64,000 nucleotides of DNA, taken from contig NC_092374.1 of NCBI RefSeq assembly GCF_030028105.1, positions 178,584,057 through 178,648,056 of the forward strand. The letters run 5' to 3'. This document shows, in pieces, positions 60,681 through 64,000 of this stretch. Source of the stretch: Mobula birostris (lineage: Eukaryota). The notes under the pieces were generated by a model that saw only the letters and a list, made by a program, of their open reading frames with translations, had not been told where the DNA came from and did not search any database. Numbering within the stretch: position 1 is the first letter of the stretch; the number at the start of each line of letters is the position of its first letter. The position numbers and the translations under genes are program-made.

Positions 60681-62750
60681 CCGGGAAGGAATGGATTCTC
60701 AATATTCCTGGATTTCAGTGCTTTAAAAGGGATAGAGAGTGTGGAAAAAGGGGAGGAGGGGTGGCATTACTGGTCAGGGATACTATTACAGCTACAGAAA
60801 GGGTGGGTAATGTAGCAGGATCCTCTTTTGAGTCAGTTTGGGTGGAAGTCAGGAACAGGAAGGGAGCAGTTACTCTACTGGGGGTATTCTATAGGCCCCC
60901 TGGTAGCAGCAGAGATACAGAGGAGCAGATTGGGAGGAAGATTTTGGAAAGATGCAAAAATAACAGGGTTGTTATCATGGGTGACTTTAACTTCCCTAAT
61001 ATTGATTGACACCTGATTAGTTCCAAGGGTTTAGATGGGGCAGTGATTGTCAAAAGTGTCCAGGACAGATTCCTGTCACAGTATGTGGACAAGCCAACTA
61101 GGGGGAATGCCACACTAGATCTAGTACTAGGTGATGAAACGGGGCAGCTCACAGATCTCTCAGTGGGTGAGCATCTGGGGGACAATGACCACCACTCCAT
61201 GGCCTTTAGCATTATGATGGAAAAGGATAGAATCAGAGAGGACAGGAAAATTTTTAATTGGGGAAGGGCAAATTATGAGGCTATAAGGCTAGAACTTGCG
61301 GGTGTGAATTGGGATGATGTTTTTGCAGGGAAATATACTATGGACATGTGGTCGATGTTTAGAGATTTCTTGCAGGATGTTAGGGATAAATTTGTCCCAG
61401 TGAGGAAGATAAAGAATGGTAGGGTGAAGGAACCATGGGTGTCAAGTGAGGTGGAAAATCTAGTCAGGTGGAAGAAGGCAATATACATGAGGGTTAGGAA
61501 GCAGAGATCAGATGGGTCTATTGAGGAATATAGGGAAGCAAGAAAGGAGCTTAAGAAGGGGTTGAGAAGAGCAAGAAGGGGGCATGAGAAGGCCTTGGCA
61601 AGTAGGGTAAAGGAAGACCCCAAGGCATTCTTCAATTATGCGAAGAAAAAAAGGATGACAGGAGTGAAGGTAGGACTGATTAGAGATAAAGGTGGGAAGA
61701 TGTGCCTGGAGGCTGTGGAAGTGAGCAAGGTCCTCAATGAACACTTCTCTTCGGTATTCACCAATGAGAAGGAACTTGATGGTGAGGACAATATGAGTGG
61801 GGTTGATGTTCTGGAGCATGTTGATATTAAGGGAGAGGAGGTGTTGGAGTTGTTAAAATACATTAGAATGGATAAGTCCCCGGGGCCTGATGGAATATTC
61901 CCCAGGCTGCTTCAGGAGGCGAGGGAAGAGATCACTGAGCCTCTGGCTAAGATCTTTATGTTCTCATTGTCCACGGGAATGGTACCGGAGGATTGGAGGG
62001 AGGTGAATGTTGTCCCCTTGTTCAGAAAAGGTAGTAGGGATAGTCCGGGTAATTATAGACCAGTGAGCCTTATGTTTGTGGTGGGAAAGCTTCTTAGAGA
62101 TAGGATCTCTGGGCATTTAGAGAATCATAGTCTGATCAGGGACAGTCAGCATGGCTTTGTGAAGGGTAGATCGTGTCTAACAAGCCTGATAGAGTTCTTT
62201 GAGGAGGTGACCAGGCATATAGATGAGGGTAGTGCAGTGGATGTGATCTATGTGGATTTTTGTAAGGCATTTGACAAGGTTCCACATGGTAGGCTTATTC
62301 AGAAAGTCAGAAGGCATGGGATCCAGGGGAGTTTGGCCAGGTGGATTCAGAATTGGCTTGCCTGCGGAAGGCAGAGGGTCATGGTGGAGGGAGTACATTC
62401 AGATTGGAGGATTGTGATTTGTGGTATCCCACAAGGATCGGTTCTGGGACCTCTACTTTTCATGATTTTTATTAACGACCTGGATATGGAAGTAGAAGGG
62501 TGGGTTGGCAAGTTTGCAGATGACACTAAGGTTGGTGGTGTTGTAGATAGTGTAGAGGATTGTCAAAGATTGCAGAGAGACATTGATAGGATGCAGAAGT
62601 GGGCTGAGAAGTGGCTGATGGAGTTCAACCCAGAGAAGTGTGAGGTTGTACACTTTGGGAGGACAAACTCCAAGGCAAAGTACAAAGTAAATGACAGGAT
62701 ACTTGGTAGTGTGGAGGAGCAGAGGGATCTGGGGGTACATGTACACAGAT
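60680..62750 (+). mobile_element. CR1 ORF2 fragment (APE-RT), truncated by the next insertion
   Basis: ORFs 60593-61009 (3' part) and 61043-62750. Confidence 0.92.
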
Positions 62751-64000
62751 CCATAGAAACCATAGAAACTACAGCACAGAAACAGGCCTTTTGGCCCTTC
62801 TTGGCTGCGCCAATCCATTTTCTGCCTAGTCCCACTGACCTGCACACGGACCATATCCCTCCATACACCTCCCATCCATGTATCTGTCCAATTTATTCTT
62901 AAATGTTAAAAAAGAACCCGCATTTACCACCTCGTCTGGCAGCTCATTCCATACTCCCACCACTAGTGAAGAAGCCCCCACTAATGTTCCCTTTAAACTT
63001 TCCCCCCCCCTCACCCTTAACCCATGTCCTCTGGTTTTTTTCTCCCCTTGCCTCAGTGGAAAAAGCCTGCTTGCATTTACTCTATCTATACCCATTATAA
63101 TTTTATATACCTCTATCAAATCTCCCCTCATTCTTCTACGCTCCAGGGAATAAAGTCCTAACCTATTCAACCTTTCTCTGTAACTGAGTTTCTCAAGTAC
63201 CGGCAACATCCTTGTAAACCTTCTCTGCAATCTTTCAACCTTCTTTATATCCTTCCTGTAATTTGGTGACCAAAACTGAACACAATACTCCAGATTCGGC
63301 CTCACCAATGCCTTATACAACCTCATAATAACATTCCAGCTCTTATACTCAATACTTTGATTAATAAAGGCCAATGTACCAAAAGCTCTCTTTAAGACCC
63401 TATCTCCCTGTGACGACACTTTTAGGGAATTTTGTATCTGTATTCCCAGATCCCTCTGTTCCACTGCACTCCTCAGTGCCTTACCATTAACCCTGTATGT
63501 TCTACCTTGGTTTGTCCTTCCAACGTGCAATACCTCACACTTGTCAGTATTAAACTCCATCTGCCATTTTTCAGCCCATTTTTCCAGCTGGTCCAAGTCC
63601 CTCTGCAGGCTCTGAAAACCTTCCTCACTGTCTACTACACCTCCAATCTTTGTATCATCAGCAAATTTGCTGATCCAATTTACCACAATATCATCCAGAT
63701 CATTGATATAGATGACAAATAACAATGGACCCAGCACTGATCCCTGTGGCACACCACTAGTCACAGGCCTCCACTCAGAGAAGCAGTTCTCTACCACCAC
63801 TCTCTGGCTTCTTCCATTGAGCCAATGTCTAATCCAATTTACCACCTCTCCATGTACACCTAACGACTGAATTTTCCTGACTAACCTCCCATGCGGGACC
63901 TTGTCGAAGGCCTTACTGAAGTCCATGTAGACAATATCCACTGCCTTCCCTTCATCCACTTTCCTGGTAACCTCCTCGAAAAACTCCAACAGATTGGTCA
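62751..64000 (-). mobile_element. Young CR1 RT 3' part, runs off the window
   Basis: ORF 62826-63989 is nearly identical to 28560-29727; tail (catagaaac)n at 62751-62770. Confidence 0.95.

Noticed and set aside
61043-62902. 619-aa ORF as an intact novel protein
   Set aside because: CR1 ORF2 fragment reading through into the antisense tail of the adjacent CR1; the C-terminal ~50 aa are artefactual.

Overview
Eukaryotic, intron-rich vertebrate DNA. The repeat content (CR1, Rex1/Babar, Penelope, V-SINE/HE1-like, L1, Gypsy) points to a cartilaginous fish, probably a ray; this is inference. Most of the window is nested retroelement debris, and most ORFs in the track are fragments or antisense shadows of it. 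The host content is two paralogous, convergent (tail-to-tail), very divergent non-classical MHC class I genes. Gene B (minus strand) is complete: leader 35569-35650, alpha1 35070-35318, alpha2 31048-31308, alpha3 22123-22389, anchor exon 19777-19853. All junctions are phase 1 and the spliced frame is open (311 aa). Gene A (plus strand) is partial: alpha3 105-380, anchor exon 5162-5241; its 5' exons lie left of the window. In both genes translation stops at a shared TAG directly after a ~15-aa hydrophobic segment preceded by a Gly-rich omega-like site, which predicts a GPI-anchored or tailless class I molecule; a fossil cytoplasmic tail remains in the 3' UTR. Gene B also has short alpha1/alpha2 domains, has lost most peptide-anchoring residues and the N86 glycan, has an extra Cys pair in alpha2 and uses a GC-AG intron. 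Lineage assignment and expression cannot be determined from the sequence alone.
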